Of a stretch of DNA of 64,000 bases, positions 24,609-37,446 are shown in pieces; the stretch's first letter is position 1, and each line of letters begins with the position of its first letter. The notes under the pieces are model-generated. The model ran no database searches, was not told the origin of the DNA, and saw only the letters and a program-made list of their open reading frames with translations. Origin of the DNA: Nemertoderma westbladi (Eukaryota > Animalia > Xenacoelomorpha); NCBI GenBank assembly GCA_032718475.1, contig JAUCBJ010003098.1, positions 1 to 64,000 of the forward strand, in the 5' to 3' direction. A program made the position numbers and the translations under genes.

Positions 24609-24614
24609 AATAAA
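24609..24614 (+). terminator. Candidate polyadenylation signal of the hnRNP F/H gene
   Basis: First AATAAA, about 160 bp after the stop codon. Confidence 0.45.
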
Positions 24615-27374
24615 AAAAAAGGTTATTTATTAATTAGTTCTCAATGTATAATTAGGTATCACTATCGCATCAATTAGTAGTAAAATCCTAGAATGAATTT
24701 ATCTTGACCATTTTGGCGCAAAACTAGATACTTCCGAGTCACAATTTGGTTTCAAAATAAGTTATGCACATAATTATGCACATACACTCTAAAAGAATTC
24801 ATAGAGTACTATTTAGATAAGGAAAGCCCAGTTTACATCTGACCCATATGTTGCCGTTATTCCCGACACCAGGGGGGAAAACGCCGATGCTGGAGGCAGA
24901 ACTTTCAGACCGCTATGTCCCGACCAGTCACCGGATATTGGGAGTGGAGAAGGACGTTGTCTTAAATGCAGAGTAGAAAAAGAGTTTTGTTGGTTGGATA
25001 TTAATCTTTATTTGGTCGACACTCTGAACTCTGATTTGCACTCTGAAATCTTGCACTATGTTACACTGATTACTCTGATTGAGAATAATTTGGGCTTCCC
25101 CACACCAATATACCAAATATTCACAATAATACACAAGATGAAATTCCTACAGTAAATTATTTAATTACCCCTCTGTTCGCTTAACTTTCAGATTTTGACC
25201 TAACTAATGTTCCCCATTTTCCCTTGGTCCTAGTCCCGGTACAGTAGTGTCAGCGTCGGTCGATCCATTGCTTGTCCGCTCCACCCTTCCTGATCCCATA
25301 CGGGTCAGTCATTAGGAAAGCGGCGTGGCTTAGCTAGGGATTCTGTCGGTTCGTCGCAGTCAAAACTACCTATGCTTTCCGAGTCCTTTTCAGGCTCGTA
25401 ATCACGTTAGTAGTCAAGAACCCGCTCTGAATAGTCGGTATGCCTGTAAGGTCCAGTAGTATACCGCTTACCGGATCCTAGTAACGATGTATCTTACCGT
25501 AAGATCTAGTAATGTATACGGGCTCGTACAGTATCTGACAACAAATCCCAGTCCAGGATATCTAAACAAACAGATACAATACACAAACTACTACTGGCGA
25601 GGAACAGAGCCTAGTGTCTATTCTATGTACGTGAGCGGGTCTAATGCCTACGAACTAGACAAAAGGATACCTGTCCTCTAACCGGTGAGGCAGATGTACA
25701 GTTACAGTAAAAGACCAAACTCACGGGAAAACAATCCCCGCGCAGCGAATCCTAACTATCGCTGACAGTCCTAAATACCATAACTTGCCGCGGTGTGATT
25801 TATATGGTTTATATACGAGCTAGTGGGTTAACAGACCTAGCGTAACAACACTGATTCAGTCCTAAATCAGTCGAAAAGGGGTCGTGCCTAATGTAACAAT
25901 ACTGCTGAGCAGAAAAAAACAGTTTAATAACGAAAATGAAATACTCCTTATTGCCGTAACTAAATATCAGATCCTAATTTACAAATACAGATAAATTCTA
26001 CCTAAAGTAATATATAGTACGCTATAACTAGTAGAACTCTAAGGGTAAATATGTTTTAGGGCGTGTGTGTGTGGGTGTGTTACAATAAAACAATTTTGGT
26101 GTATATCTTTTCACTAGGTTTTAGTGATTTTCTGACCGAAATGATACCGTGCGCTAGCTACTAAAATAAGCTAGTCGCATTTTGTAGAACTTTATACTCA
26201 CAAATGACGTCAAAGCTCTCTCCTTCCTATCCACAACTCAATGGGCAACCACGGTGTTAGTAACTACACCCGTGATCGGCACTAATACCAGATTCTGGTT
26301 GTAAGATAAGAAATAGGGGTTAATCGCTACCGTACGTTAGCTGATCTGGTATACAAATTTAATTCTAGAACTTTGTTGCCGCGGTAGTTAGCAGCAAATA
26401 CCTATCAGTACGTGGCAAGGCGCGGTAGGATATTAATAAAACCTCCCTAGGCCAAGCGGTGTGCCGGTAGCAGAAATACTACTTGCCTGATCAAATAACT
26501 AACTTCAGACAGGGGGGGGGGGGGGGGGGGGTACTAATGTATGTTCTACAAGCGAACCGGTACCAAACAGTCAGTACTACGAATCACTAAATTATGGAAC
26601 ATATGCTGTCCGTACCTATGTACTCGCGTACTGACGAATGGCAATAGCTCGCACCTGTGAGAAATACAGGTTAACCCAGGGGTTCGCAGGACTGACAAAG
26701 GGGTTTCTGCCTAAATATAATTATTTGATCCTAAATTTTGCGGCGTCCAGGACGGCGTCACGCTTACCCTGATCTATAGGTCTTACGGCGGGCAAGGGCG
26801 TCGAACAAAGTCTTACCTTCCTCATAAAGCGGGCGCTGCATGGCAAGTGGAGTATTTCGAAGGGCAAAGGGGGTGCGCGGTCAAATCCAATGTGGGCGCT
26901 AGCGTGTTGTGGACATCTTTCCCCTGCGTTGCTGACGGCCTAACGGTCTAGGCTGCCATCTTCCCGATGTTTGGCTGTCCCAAGGTTGGACCAAAAGAAA
27001 ACATGTCCAGGAGTTTGCAGTGTATTTACAGTTTAGCAAAAGATTTATCAAACAGAATTACGATAGTTTCAACAAGAAACCAACAAAGTATAACGAAATG
27101 ATTAGTGCAACTAGTGCAGCAAGTTTACAAGAGTAAGTTAAGCAAGTAGAAGTACAAATGTGTGTGTGATAACCAAAGGCAAACCAGCCCTTTATATACT
27201 AAATCTGGGACATAGAATTCACTAGAACCTTCGAGAGTATTCGATGGCCTCACATTGGAGCAATAAGATATTCCATGCCCTATGATTGGCCCAACTCATC
27301 GTTCGATACGTTGTACGCACCTCATTGGCTTACCAATCTGTACCAAATGAAAATAAATGGCCCCAAAATACAAA

Positions 27375-27447
27375 TTTCCCGACCGGGATTCGAACTCGTA
27401 ACCTATCCGTAATGTAACCAACGCCTTAACCATCTGACCACTACGCC
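27375..27447 (-). other. tRNA-derived (SINE-head-like) sequence
   Basis: Minus strand has A box TGGTCAGATGG and B box GAGTTCGAATCC. The acceptor stem does not pair. Confidence 0.6.
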
Positions 27448-28185
27448 ACGAGAGTAACTAGGGGTTTTATGTATACAAATATGAATAGGCATATTACATT
27501 ACTGTAACTTACTCAAAATGCGTCGGATTTTCGAAAGTTTTTACGTTAAAGTTAAACTACAAATGCTATCTTATAGTGAAATAATTCATCACCGCTCCAT
27601 GAAAACAGTAAGTAAGACTGTTTTCACCAATCGAAATACAAAATATTTACAAACTACTTCTAAATCTACTGGTGGGGCCTAAAATATAAAATAATCACTA
27701 TCTAATTATTGCATACTTAATATTGCAGATACGGCGTAAATACAATCGATCGTACATACAAATACAAATTTACCAATTAACTTTAGTGCCTAAAATACAA
27801 AAATGCTTTCGGTTATCAAGATAAACAAATCAAACAAATCAGAACAAATAAATCAAAACAAACCGAACAAATAATTGTAACTTCTTTCAATAAATCTTTA
27901 TATATTGTAAATACATAATAAACTTCCACCAAATTAAATCAGTTCAAATATAAAATAAACATAAAGCGCTAATAACTTCCAAATAAGTCTTAAAGTGTCC
28001 CTTTGACGATATGAAAGTTCGTCCTGCTGGTCTGGATATCTTCTCCTGAGCACTAATTGCTAACGGTAGGCTCGCAAGCCTTCCTTTCCATATCTCGTTC
28101 TTCCAAATCCAACATTCATACATAATATCCGAATATAAATATCCAAATATCGGTAGGCTCGCAAGCCTTCCTTCTTCTCGCTTTC

Positions 28186-30335
28186 CTATTCCTTTGCTGA
28201 GCGCGCTCGTCCACGTCCTCTATTGCGATTGGGTGGTGGTCGAGGTCGAACTGGGCTCGGACTTCGGCGTCGAGTTGTCGGTGGTTCCAAAACGCTAGGA
28301 AAGGAGACGACGGGAGTTTCGCACATCTGTCGTGCGCTCAATCCTCTAAATCCTCGTCCGATTCCAACTGTCGGCTTAACATCGGATCGAGTCTCCACAA
28401 CGCTAGGAGGAAGTCGAAAGGGTGGGACTGTTCCGTCCGCTGACACCTCGCTCTCTGACGTCGTTTGAATCCTAATGGGTTCCGGCAAAGCGTATCCTGT
28501 CCCTCCGCGTGGTTCTCTAGCAAGGGAAACCGTGCTCCGAGTCATCCGGATTTGCGACTTCGATGTCGTCCTCTCGGCGACATTTACTATCTTCTTTATC
28601 TCTTGTCCGGCCTTCTGGGCTTTGAGTATACGAAATTGCTGATCATCCTGTGGGTGACGCGTCTTCTCTGCTAACGACGTGGCCTTGAAGCCAGTCTCAC
28701 GCAAAATGTCGGTCTCGTCCAGAATACACGAGGTTACACGTTTGTGATAAAATGCGCTCCGGTATGCCCAAGCTATCGAATGCCAGGCTCCTCGATTCCG
28801 CTGTTCAACTCGCAGTTTATCGAATTCTCCGGCGGTAATCTTGTTCACCACAGTTTGAAAGTTCCAAGTATTCTTGTTGTCGGGGTGCACCTGTAAGAAA
28901 TAGTCCCGCACAACTTTGAATCTACTGTCCAATGGCAATATATCCAACACCTCCAACAATTCATCATACTGAGGCATAGCCGATACATATCCTTCCTTTG
29001 ACATTATGAGAGGGTTTACGGCCCAAAATCCCAAATGTGCTCTCATAGGGAAACGGCGTCGCTGCGTCGATACATGCTCGTCTGCTAGATCCTCCCAATG
29101 GTCGAATAACTGTCGAACGATTTTAACTGACATGTGCTCATAGGGGACGTCTCTAAGTTGACATTCGGATGCCCTATGGCCCTTAATATTACAATAAGTG
29201 CACTGCGCCACGAAACGCCAGCAAGTGTAGAAAGTGTGCGAACGTTGATCCCCGCACCAGTTGCATACTAAATCCAGTAGAGGTATGTGCTTCGCCCCGC
29301 ATTTCTTTGCGTGGTGGCCAGTTGCCCCGCATCTGCCACAAATAGTGTTGGCAGGGTACCAAACTCGCTCATAGATGAGATCTCCGATGGGGCGAGCGCT
29401 ACCGTCCACGTGATAATTCTCATCATCCGGGTCAGTCGGTATGTTCGTCTCCGTAGGTTGTACACAAACCATGGCATCGCTTTTCTCCAACTCGCGTATC
29501 TCAGTTCACGTCTTCCTTGGAAGGTTCTCCTATATCTCTATGAGTTGCCGCAACGGTTCGTCTATTAGCGCCAACTCGGTCGGATCCACATCGTCGTGAT
29601 GGGCGGTAGGCTCACGAGCCTTCCAGGATCCTTCCGGGCGTTCGAATTCCGCGGGGCGTTCCCCGTCGTAGGGTACTAACGTTAACATCGACGGTCTGTC
29701 GACTAGACTTCCCGCGTGAGTGAGATAGACGTCCCTGAAATAGCTAAGTCCCGCTCGCGTGAAAACTTCGCAGTGCGCATCGGTGTTATAAAAGGGTTGG
29801 AGAAATCGTCGGAATACATCAGTATGCGTCCTTCCTCCATGGTAAAAGGTATGTCCTTCGCCGAGACATAACGGGTGTCGCTTTAGGGTTCTGGATACTA
29901 CATCCGCGATGAAACAAACGTTAACCGAAGATTCTATCGCTAAATAGTATTGCAAGATTATTCGCGGAGGTGAAGTAATCGCCCAATACACGCAACCTCG
30001 CCACTTCAACTGTGACTCGAACTCGTTTACGCCGGGGGTATCTCTCTCTCCGTATACATCCGTGTATTTGCTCCTCTTACTCTCCTTGTAATCCCAACTG
30101 AACTTTTAGCGTGTTATACTCCCTAAAGTATCCTTGCTCGATAGCCCAAAGCAACAATGGTCTAGTATCCACGTATGGCGTAGGCAATCGGTCCTCTTCC
30201 GTGGGCATTCCCACAAAGTCGCTAATAAGGTCATCCCGTACACCGGATCCGATCTTGACGATGCTCTTGTCCAACACAACGTCTCGCACGGCCTTTGGTA
30301 ACATCCTAGCTTCTATGCTACAAGCCAGATTGATT
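28186..30335 (-). pseudogene. DEDD/WRN-type 3'-5' exonuclease + triple CCHC-type knuckle gene, 5'-truncated and disrupted; homologue of 40471-42678
   Basis: LPKAVRDVVLDKSIVKIGSGVRDD (ExoII region). Frameshift near 30100. ORFs 29530-30009 and 28186-29490 are in the same frame, separated by two stops. Knuckles CGRCGATGHHAKKC, CNWCGDQRSHTFYTC, CTYCNIKGHRASEC. Confidence 0.75.
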
Positions 30336-30879
30336 TATTATTAACTAGAGACTTTTTTTCAGTTTCACACTGACTTGTAAAGGTAACTTTTTATCACAAA
30401 GCGTGATTATTATAAAGTATTTGCGTGTAAAGGTGACTTTATTGAGTAAATATTGGTGATAGTTTAATGTGAGCATGGGATTAGGTATAAAACATTCGCA
30501 TGTAAATGCGTGAGTTTACACCACCATAATAAAACATTAGCGTGTAAAACCTACTTTATCAATGAAAATTAAAAACGTATTATGCACATCTTGGTTTAGA
30601 CTTGATTTTATTATAAAGAATTCAGTTGTAAAAGCAACTTTATTTATGATATTAGTTTCCAATGTAACTGTTATTTATGATTGGTTGGTATAAGTAGAAA
30701 CTTGAAATATATATATAAAGAGCTCAACTGATTCAATCGAGCTCATTCTGAAAATATTAAATTAATTAAAGTTTAGATATTATATTTTATTTATGTTGAG
30801 TAGCTTATGAATTTTTTTTGATTATATATATATAACAATATTCATATTAATTTTAAATTGTTTTTAGGATAATAAAGAG

Positions 30880-33800
30880 ATGGATAAACAATTGAAATAT
30901 CCATTTTGTCCTCTTCAAATTTCTAAACGAAATTATTTGCGCTACCTAAGGTCACATTTTGAAGGTTATTCTTGTTTTAAGTGTCATGTTTTTACACCTA
31001 CAGAAGAAATATGCAAACGACATGAATCAACTACGGGATGTAAAGAAATGAAGTTTTACGTGTATGAAAAAACTTGTCCTACTTGTAATAAAGAGTATTT
31101 ATATGATAATTATTTACGTCACGACTGTCACCAATGTTATTATCATGTTAGACCATGAGCGAACCAAAACAATACTGTCGCATCTAGAAAAAGACTGAAA
31201 TCTGGTCAAGGTCCATCAATTTTTAGCATCGAACGAGCCGCACACGATAACCGTTTAGAAATCTATGTTTACAATCTTCCGAATGATGAAGATTTTCCTG
31301 ATATTCATTCATCGATAGTTCATATTCTACCTCACATCAAAACGTTATTATTAGGAAAACTTAGCGAAATGAATGTACTTAGACCCTGGCTAGGTGTGAA
31401 TATACTCATGTATCGATCACATTTTTCAGAGGGAGATCAAGAAGAAGCTTTCTATTTTAGTTCTTCAGGTGGTGCAGTTAATACCATAGATTCACATGAA
31501 AGTTTTGACACATGGTTTGAGTATGTACTAGAAAAATTAATGCAAAAAATAGCCATGTTTAACACTCGTGGCTCAGGGTGGCGCGTTAAATCTTTATTAA
31601 GAGTGGAAATTAAAGTAGCTGAATCCAAGTGTAGGTCACTGGATTATAAAGGTCACGGTTATATGGAGTTACCTAAGACTCTATCAGTTAAAAAATGTGT
31701 TATAAATATACAAACGGCTGATAATGACTGTTTCAAATGGGCAATTATAGCCACAAAATTTAGTAGCAAAGTGAAAAACAACAAAAACCGTACTTCATCG
31801 TACAAAAATTATATGAGTCATTTTATTTTTGACAACGGGAACAAAGATTATCCAACAGAATGGCTGCTTGCAATTAAACTTTTTGAAAAACAGAATTCAG
31901 CATATATAATTAATTTATTACTCTACGATAACAATCGAGGATCTATATTAAGACAGGCTCCATTTAGTAAAATCACTCCAAATAAAGAGTTATTGAATAT
32001 ATTACTTGTAAAAAATAAGAATACGAGTAAACAATCACATTATGTTTGCATAACTAACTTGAATCGTTTGTTGAATACAACAGGTAAGCATATTAGATGT
32101 AGGAAATTTTGTGAACGGTGTTTGTCTCATTTCTACAGCAAGGATGTTCTAGAACGTCACCATCTTGCTTGTTATCGAGGAAAAAGACAAGTTGAGAAGC
32201 TACCGTCTGAAAAAAGAACTCACATTAGCTTTAGAAATTTAGACAGAACATTACCAGCATTGTTTGTAATATATTTTGACATAGAATCTATTTTGGAGCC
32301 AGCCACCAACAGTAAATTTATTCAGAATCATATTCCATGCGCTGTAAGTTATTTAATTGTTCCTAGTAGTGAATTAATCAATCCACCCAAATTTTATTTG
32401 AAGACCTTTACAAAAACAATCGACAACAACTGTATTCAAGACTTTTTAGACTCTGTATATAATGACATCACCCAATTATATAAGTGGGCAGAAACCCATA
32501 CGCGAGAGAAGATTATACTTAACGATGTAGATAAGTTAAGTTTTTGGAAAGCTAAAACTTGCTTTTATTGCAATGTTTTATTTAAGGATAAGTCTGAGAA
32601 AAATAAACATCACTCACATATTACTGGTAACTATATAGCAGCCGCTTGTAACGCATGTAACCGCTCTTTATCGTTGAAACGACACATGTATATACTCGCT
32701 GCACATAACTGCAATCTCTACGATTTGCATTTTCTTTTACAAGTTGGTTTTACCAACAATAGATATTCCGATTGGGATATAAAGGTAATCCCTAAAAATT
32801 CTGAAAGGTATATTTCACTAAGCATGCATATACCGGTGAAAGACTCAAAAACAAAGATTGAGCTACGTGTCTTAGACACATCAATTTTTATCCTTTTCCC
32901 TAAGTACTTTAGTTGATTGTTCAACAAAGGATATAGACAGCGAGGATATAACATCAGTTCTACCAATTACTGAACAGCAAATGAAATATTTTTATCCAAA
33001 TTTAAATAATGCAACAATTAAACGAAAAGGTATATTTCCCTACGAGTATCTGACAGATTTAAATAAATTCAATGATTCGAAATTACCATCAATAGACAAA
33101 TTTTATAGTAAATTAACACAAAATACCTGTACTCCCGAGGAATATAGTTTTGCCAACGCATCATGGAGTCAGTTTGAGTGTACAAATCTCAAGGATTATC
33201 TTTTAGCATACTTAAAACTCGATGTTTGTCTCCTCGCTGATATATTTGAGAACTTTAGGAGAGTATGTAGACAAAACTACGAATTAGAAGTAGTTTATTA
33301 TTGCAGTATCGCAGCTTTCACTTATGATTGCGCCCTGAAATACAATAAATGTAAGTTAGCATTAATAAAAGATTACCAAACATATAGAGATTTTGAAGCA
33401 TCTATTAGAGGAGGGGTTTCATTCTGTCGAAAGCATTACATAGAATCAAATATACCAGATACTGATAATTATGATCCAAGCAAGGAAGAGTGTCATATTT
33501 TCAATATAGATTTTAATTCCTTGTATTCTGGTAATTTAAGTAAAAAGCTACCTGTTTCAGGGTTTGAACAAGTCAACGTTACATATTTAGAGAATGCTGC
33601 TCCAGAAGAACTAATAAACTATTTGACAAATCTTCATACTGAAGGTGATATTGGGTTTTTCTTAATTTGCGATTTGAAATATCCCAAAGATATTCATGAT
33701 CGTACATTAGAACTACCCTTAGCTCCAGAACATTTAAGTATAAATGAGACAATGCTTTCACCATATATGAGGGAACAATATAATCATGTATGTAAACAAA

Positions 33801-34892
33801 GATCTACTAATAGCAAGTATAAGATGTGTGCATCAAAACTTATGTTGACACAATTCGATAAGGAATTCTATCATGTAAATTTGAAACTGTTAAAATTTTA
33901 TATAAAACAAGGTTTAATTGTTACTAAGCTCCATAAATTGTATTCTTTCCATCAAGACTTTGTATTTAAACCCTATATAGATTTTAATATTAATCAAAGG
34001 CGAGTAGCAAAGAGTTACATTGAAACAGCTGTTGCAAAGCTTCTGAATAATTCGTTATTTGGAAAAACGATAGAGAAAATACGAGACCGTTGCAACTTTC
34101 GTATCGCTAATAGTAAAGAGAAATGCGACCTATTGGTCAAACGTATAAATCACGAAAATTTCATGATTTATAACGATTCCTTATCGGGACATTTATTAGT
34201 AAAAGACTCTGTAACACTAGATAAGCCGGTCTATGTAGGTAGTACTGTCTTGGACTTGGCTAAATTGGATATGTATCAGCTGTATTACGATAAATTGCTA
34301 CCTATTGAGAAAGAATTAAACTGTCGAATTGAAATTGTAGCATCAGATACGGACTCTTTAATAGGTTGTTACTATAATACATCGCAGAATAATTTTTTAA
34401 AAGCCTTAATTAAAAAATAATATTTTAGATACATCCAATTACCCCAAGGATCACCCTCTCTACAGCGATAAAAATAAATCCAGGCTCTATTACTGTAAAG
34501 ATGAACTAGCCTCACGAGAGATTAAACAAGCGGTATTTTTAAGACCAAAATTATATTCAATTTTAGAATGGAATGATTCCAACATACGACGGGTGAAAGG
34601 AATAACAAGAGCTGTTGTGGATAAAAATATTTGCCACGAAGATTATTTAAGAGCATATAAGGATAACTTAGAAATTTCCAAGGAAACGCACCAATTTCAG
34701 AGTCAATTACACAAAGTGTATACTGTAGCACGAGATAAGTTTGCTCTCAGCGCATTTGACGATAAACTTTATTGGGTTGATAAAAATCATTCGCTTCCCT
34801 GGGGTCACTATCAAACAAAGGTTGAAAAACCGATAAAGAAAAACAATATACCTATTTATCGGGAACCAAACAATGAACTATCAGATAGTTAA
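30880..34892 (+). pseudogene. polB: Protein-primed family B DNA polymerase with N-terminal Zn fingers
   Basis: GSGW, CFKWAI, HYVCI.NLNRLL, ExoI YFDIES, EndoVII-like CFYC...HSHITG...CNACN, AHN, RKGIFPYEY, DFNSLY, KLLNNSLFGK, SDTDS, KGI. One in-frame stop at 31156 and frameshifts at about 32885 and 34415. Confidence 0.92.
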
Positions 34893-35418
34893 TAAGAATG
34901 TAAGTTGCCAGCAAGTGTCAGCGATTAATTTTAAAGAATTAAAAAATCAATTATCTGGTAAACACATACTCAAACCAAATCAGTTTATATATAAGATATT
35001 TGGTGCCACATTATTAATATTTAAAAATGGTCGTATTACATTATTAGGTAGTAAGTATAATTTCCAAAAAGTAAAAAAGCATATATTTGATAAAACTAGT
35101 ATTAATTTGATTTTAAAATCTGTTAATTTATGTACTTATATTTTTAGTATTAAGTCTGTAGTCTATAGGTTATTGATAAACAATACCGGGTTTTATGTTG
35201 TCTTTGATAATGTGCAACTTCAAGTTATATATGAACCTGAAATTTTTAATAATTGCAAAATAAGAATAAATAATACCGTAGTCATTTGCTGCTTTCATAC
35301 CGGTAAATGTACTTTAATGTGTTCACCTAGCAAATTTCACATTTATTACCCTATATTTAGTAAACTTGTTAATTATTTATTAATGTTTGGTGTTGTGACT
35401 TTAGGTGTTGGTGATTAG
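34873..35418 (+). CDS. TATA-binding-protein-like protein inside the Polinton
   Basis: Two TBP-like repeats, ATLLIFKNGRITLLGSK and YEPEIF...VVICCFHTGKCTLM (compare TBP TALIFSSGKMVCTGAK and YEPELF...VLLIFVSGKVVLTG). 181 aa matches the TBP core size. Overlaps the polB stop. Confidence 0.72.
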   Translation: MNYQIVNKNVSCQQVSAINFKELKNQLSGKHILKPNQFIYKIFGATLLIFKNGRITLLGSKYNFQKVKKHIFDKTSINLILKSVNLCTYIFSIKSVVYRLLINNTGFYVVFDNVQLQVIYEPEIFNNCKIRINNTVVICCFHTGKCTLMCSPSKFHIYYPIFSKLVNYLLMFGVVTLGVGD

Positions 35419-35504
35419 AAGGTGAAAATTAAACATTATTATTTTTCAATCAATCTATCGGTAGTTAGGGAAAACTAACCTCGTTTGAATAAGTATGACT
35501 CTCA

Positions 35505-36450
35505 CAGGCTGACTGCGTGCCTAGCTGCGTGGCTGGCTGGCTGACTACATGACCCGCGAGGCTGACTGCGTGCCGCGATTCTGACTGCGTGCCGCGAGGC
35601 TGACTGCGTGCCGCGAGGCTGACTGCGTGACTAGCTGCGAGGGTGGCTGGGCAGCTGCGAGGTGGACCGCTTCCCAGCAGCGTGTCTGACTGCGCGCACA
35701 TCCGATTGTAACTGGCTCACGATATTGTATACAATGGTTTAGTTTGTTACTGCGGGTACTGTTACATTAATACTGTGGTACCAGTACTGCGGTACAATGC
35801 TAATAAAAGGAAATCAACATGCTGTATCTGACTATACTGTTACAACAACAACAACGACAGTACTGCAGTACTGTATTGTTTGGGTAGGTGATCTAATCCC
35901 TGTATGTGAGAGCCACGCGTGCCTTCTAGGTTATGACAGCAGTATGCTAATCAAGGTTCGGGTAGACAGCAGTATCCTTATAGGTGAAAAAAAACAAATG
36001 CTATTGCATCAGATTACAGCTGTACTGATAAAGTTGATGACAGTTGTGGATAGGAGCTGCGAGGTTGACCGCATCCCCCGCAGTGTGGCTGACTGCGTAC
36101 ACATCTGATTGTAACTGGCTCACGATATTGTATACATTGGCCTAGTTTGTTACTACGGGTACTGTTACATTAATACTGTAGTACTGGTACTGCAGTACAA
36201 TGCTAATAAAAGGAAATCAGTATGCTGTATCTAACTATGCTGTTACAACAACAACGACAGTACTGCAGTACTGTATTGTTTGGGTAGGTGATCTAATCCC
36301 TATATGTGAGACCCCTGCGTGTAATCCGGATCATGACAGCAGTATGCTATTGCTTCAGATTACTGCTGTACTGATACCAGTAGACTGTGACTACAGTGTT
36401 GGAAGAGTAAAACACTACCGGTACTGATAAAGCGGATGACAGTTGTGGTT
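35505..36450. repeat. Repeat block between convergent Polinton genes: short GCTGACTGCGTG units, then two diverged 403-bp units
   Basis: GCTGACTGCGTGCCGCGAG-type units at 35508-35640. Paired ORF-track peptides at 35797 and 36200 are 403 bp apart. Confidence 0.8.
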
Positions 36451-36817
36451 AGGCCTATAATAAATTATTGAATTTATCAGTACCGGTACCAACAGGTTAA
36501 CACTACATCCTATACAGTTTATGTTGCATTTCTGACTAATATTACTAGTCAACTACTGTATGTGTTATTAGTTTGCGATGTATAGGATGTTTCGCAATAC
36601 CAGTACATCTATATTAGAATGATATCGAGAATACTTACTGTACATGTTACGTCTACGTCATATTGTTAAATGTGTATGGTTAACCTAGCGCAATTGACTC
36701 TTTTTAGAGAACTTGTTGTAAAAAAATTATATTTTATTATATTTTTATATTAACATCAAGATCATCACCAAAATAAAATTATATTATATCCCATCACATT
36801 ACATGCTTAGAGTAAAC

Positions 36818-37415
36818 CTACAGTACATCTTTCACCGCAGTTATTTCTTTCTGTTTATCATCATCATCAGTCGCAGTTAAACGCTTTCTCATGAAAAAGT
36901 GTAGCATCTCATACCCCCCAACGCGTTTTGCTGAGCAGTATCGCAGACAGTTATCTCTTATGTTTAAGTGGAACGCACATTTATTTTCTACTGTAGTAAA
37001 TCGGTCGTGAAACCGACAAGGGGTTAAATAATCGTGATATTGCTTATATATTCCCAATTTCTCCACCGAATTTCGCGCGAGAACATCGAGTTGGGAAACT
37101 AATATTGCCTGCTTCAGCAACCCAAATACATGAATATTTTTTTTATATTTTAAATGTCTCTTCATATATTTTTTAAAGTCATCTTGAGAAATGTCACCGT
37201 AGTCCCATGGCAAATGAGAAGTCATATCCCGTAAATTGTTTACGTGAGCTACATCTAAAGCTGATAACTTAATATTAGGTGGGCCTTTAATTAAAAACGT
37301 CTTTACATTAGTTTTGGTGTAATTAGAATCGAATATCAAATTCTTTAAATACTACCGGATACTCTTTATTGTCTATCTTATAATATTGAAAATCAACAAA
37401 AATAATATTATCCAT
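36818..37415 (-). pseudogene. Polinton accessory protein with DnaQ/DEDD-like N-terminal signature and C-terminal Cys/His cluster, frameshifted near 37335
   Basis: ATG at 37415 gives MDNIIFVDFQYY...VFKEF. The downstream frame gives HLPWDYGDI, IHVFGLLK, CRFH...YCSAKRV, a pattern I recall from ORFs beside the protease in invertebrate Polintons. Confidence 0.55.
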
Positions 37416-37446
37416 TTTATCTGATAAACAAAAGTTAAATGATTAA

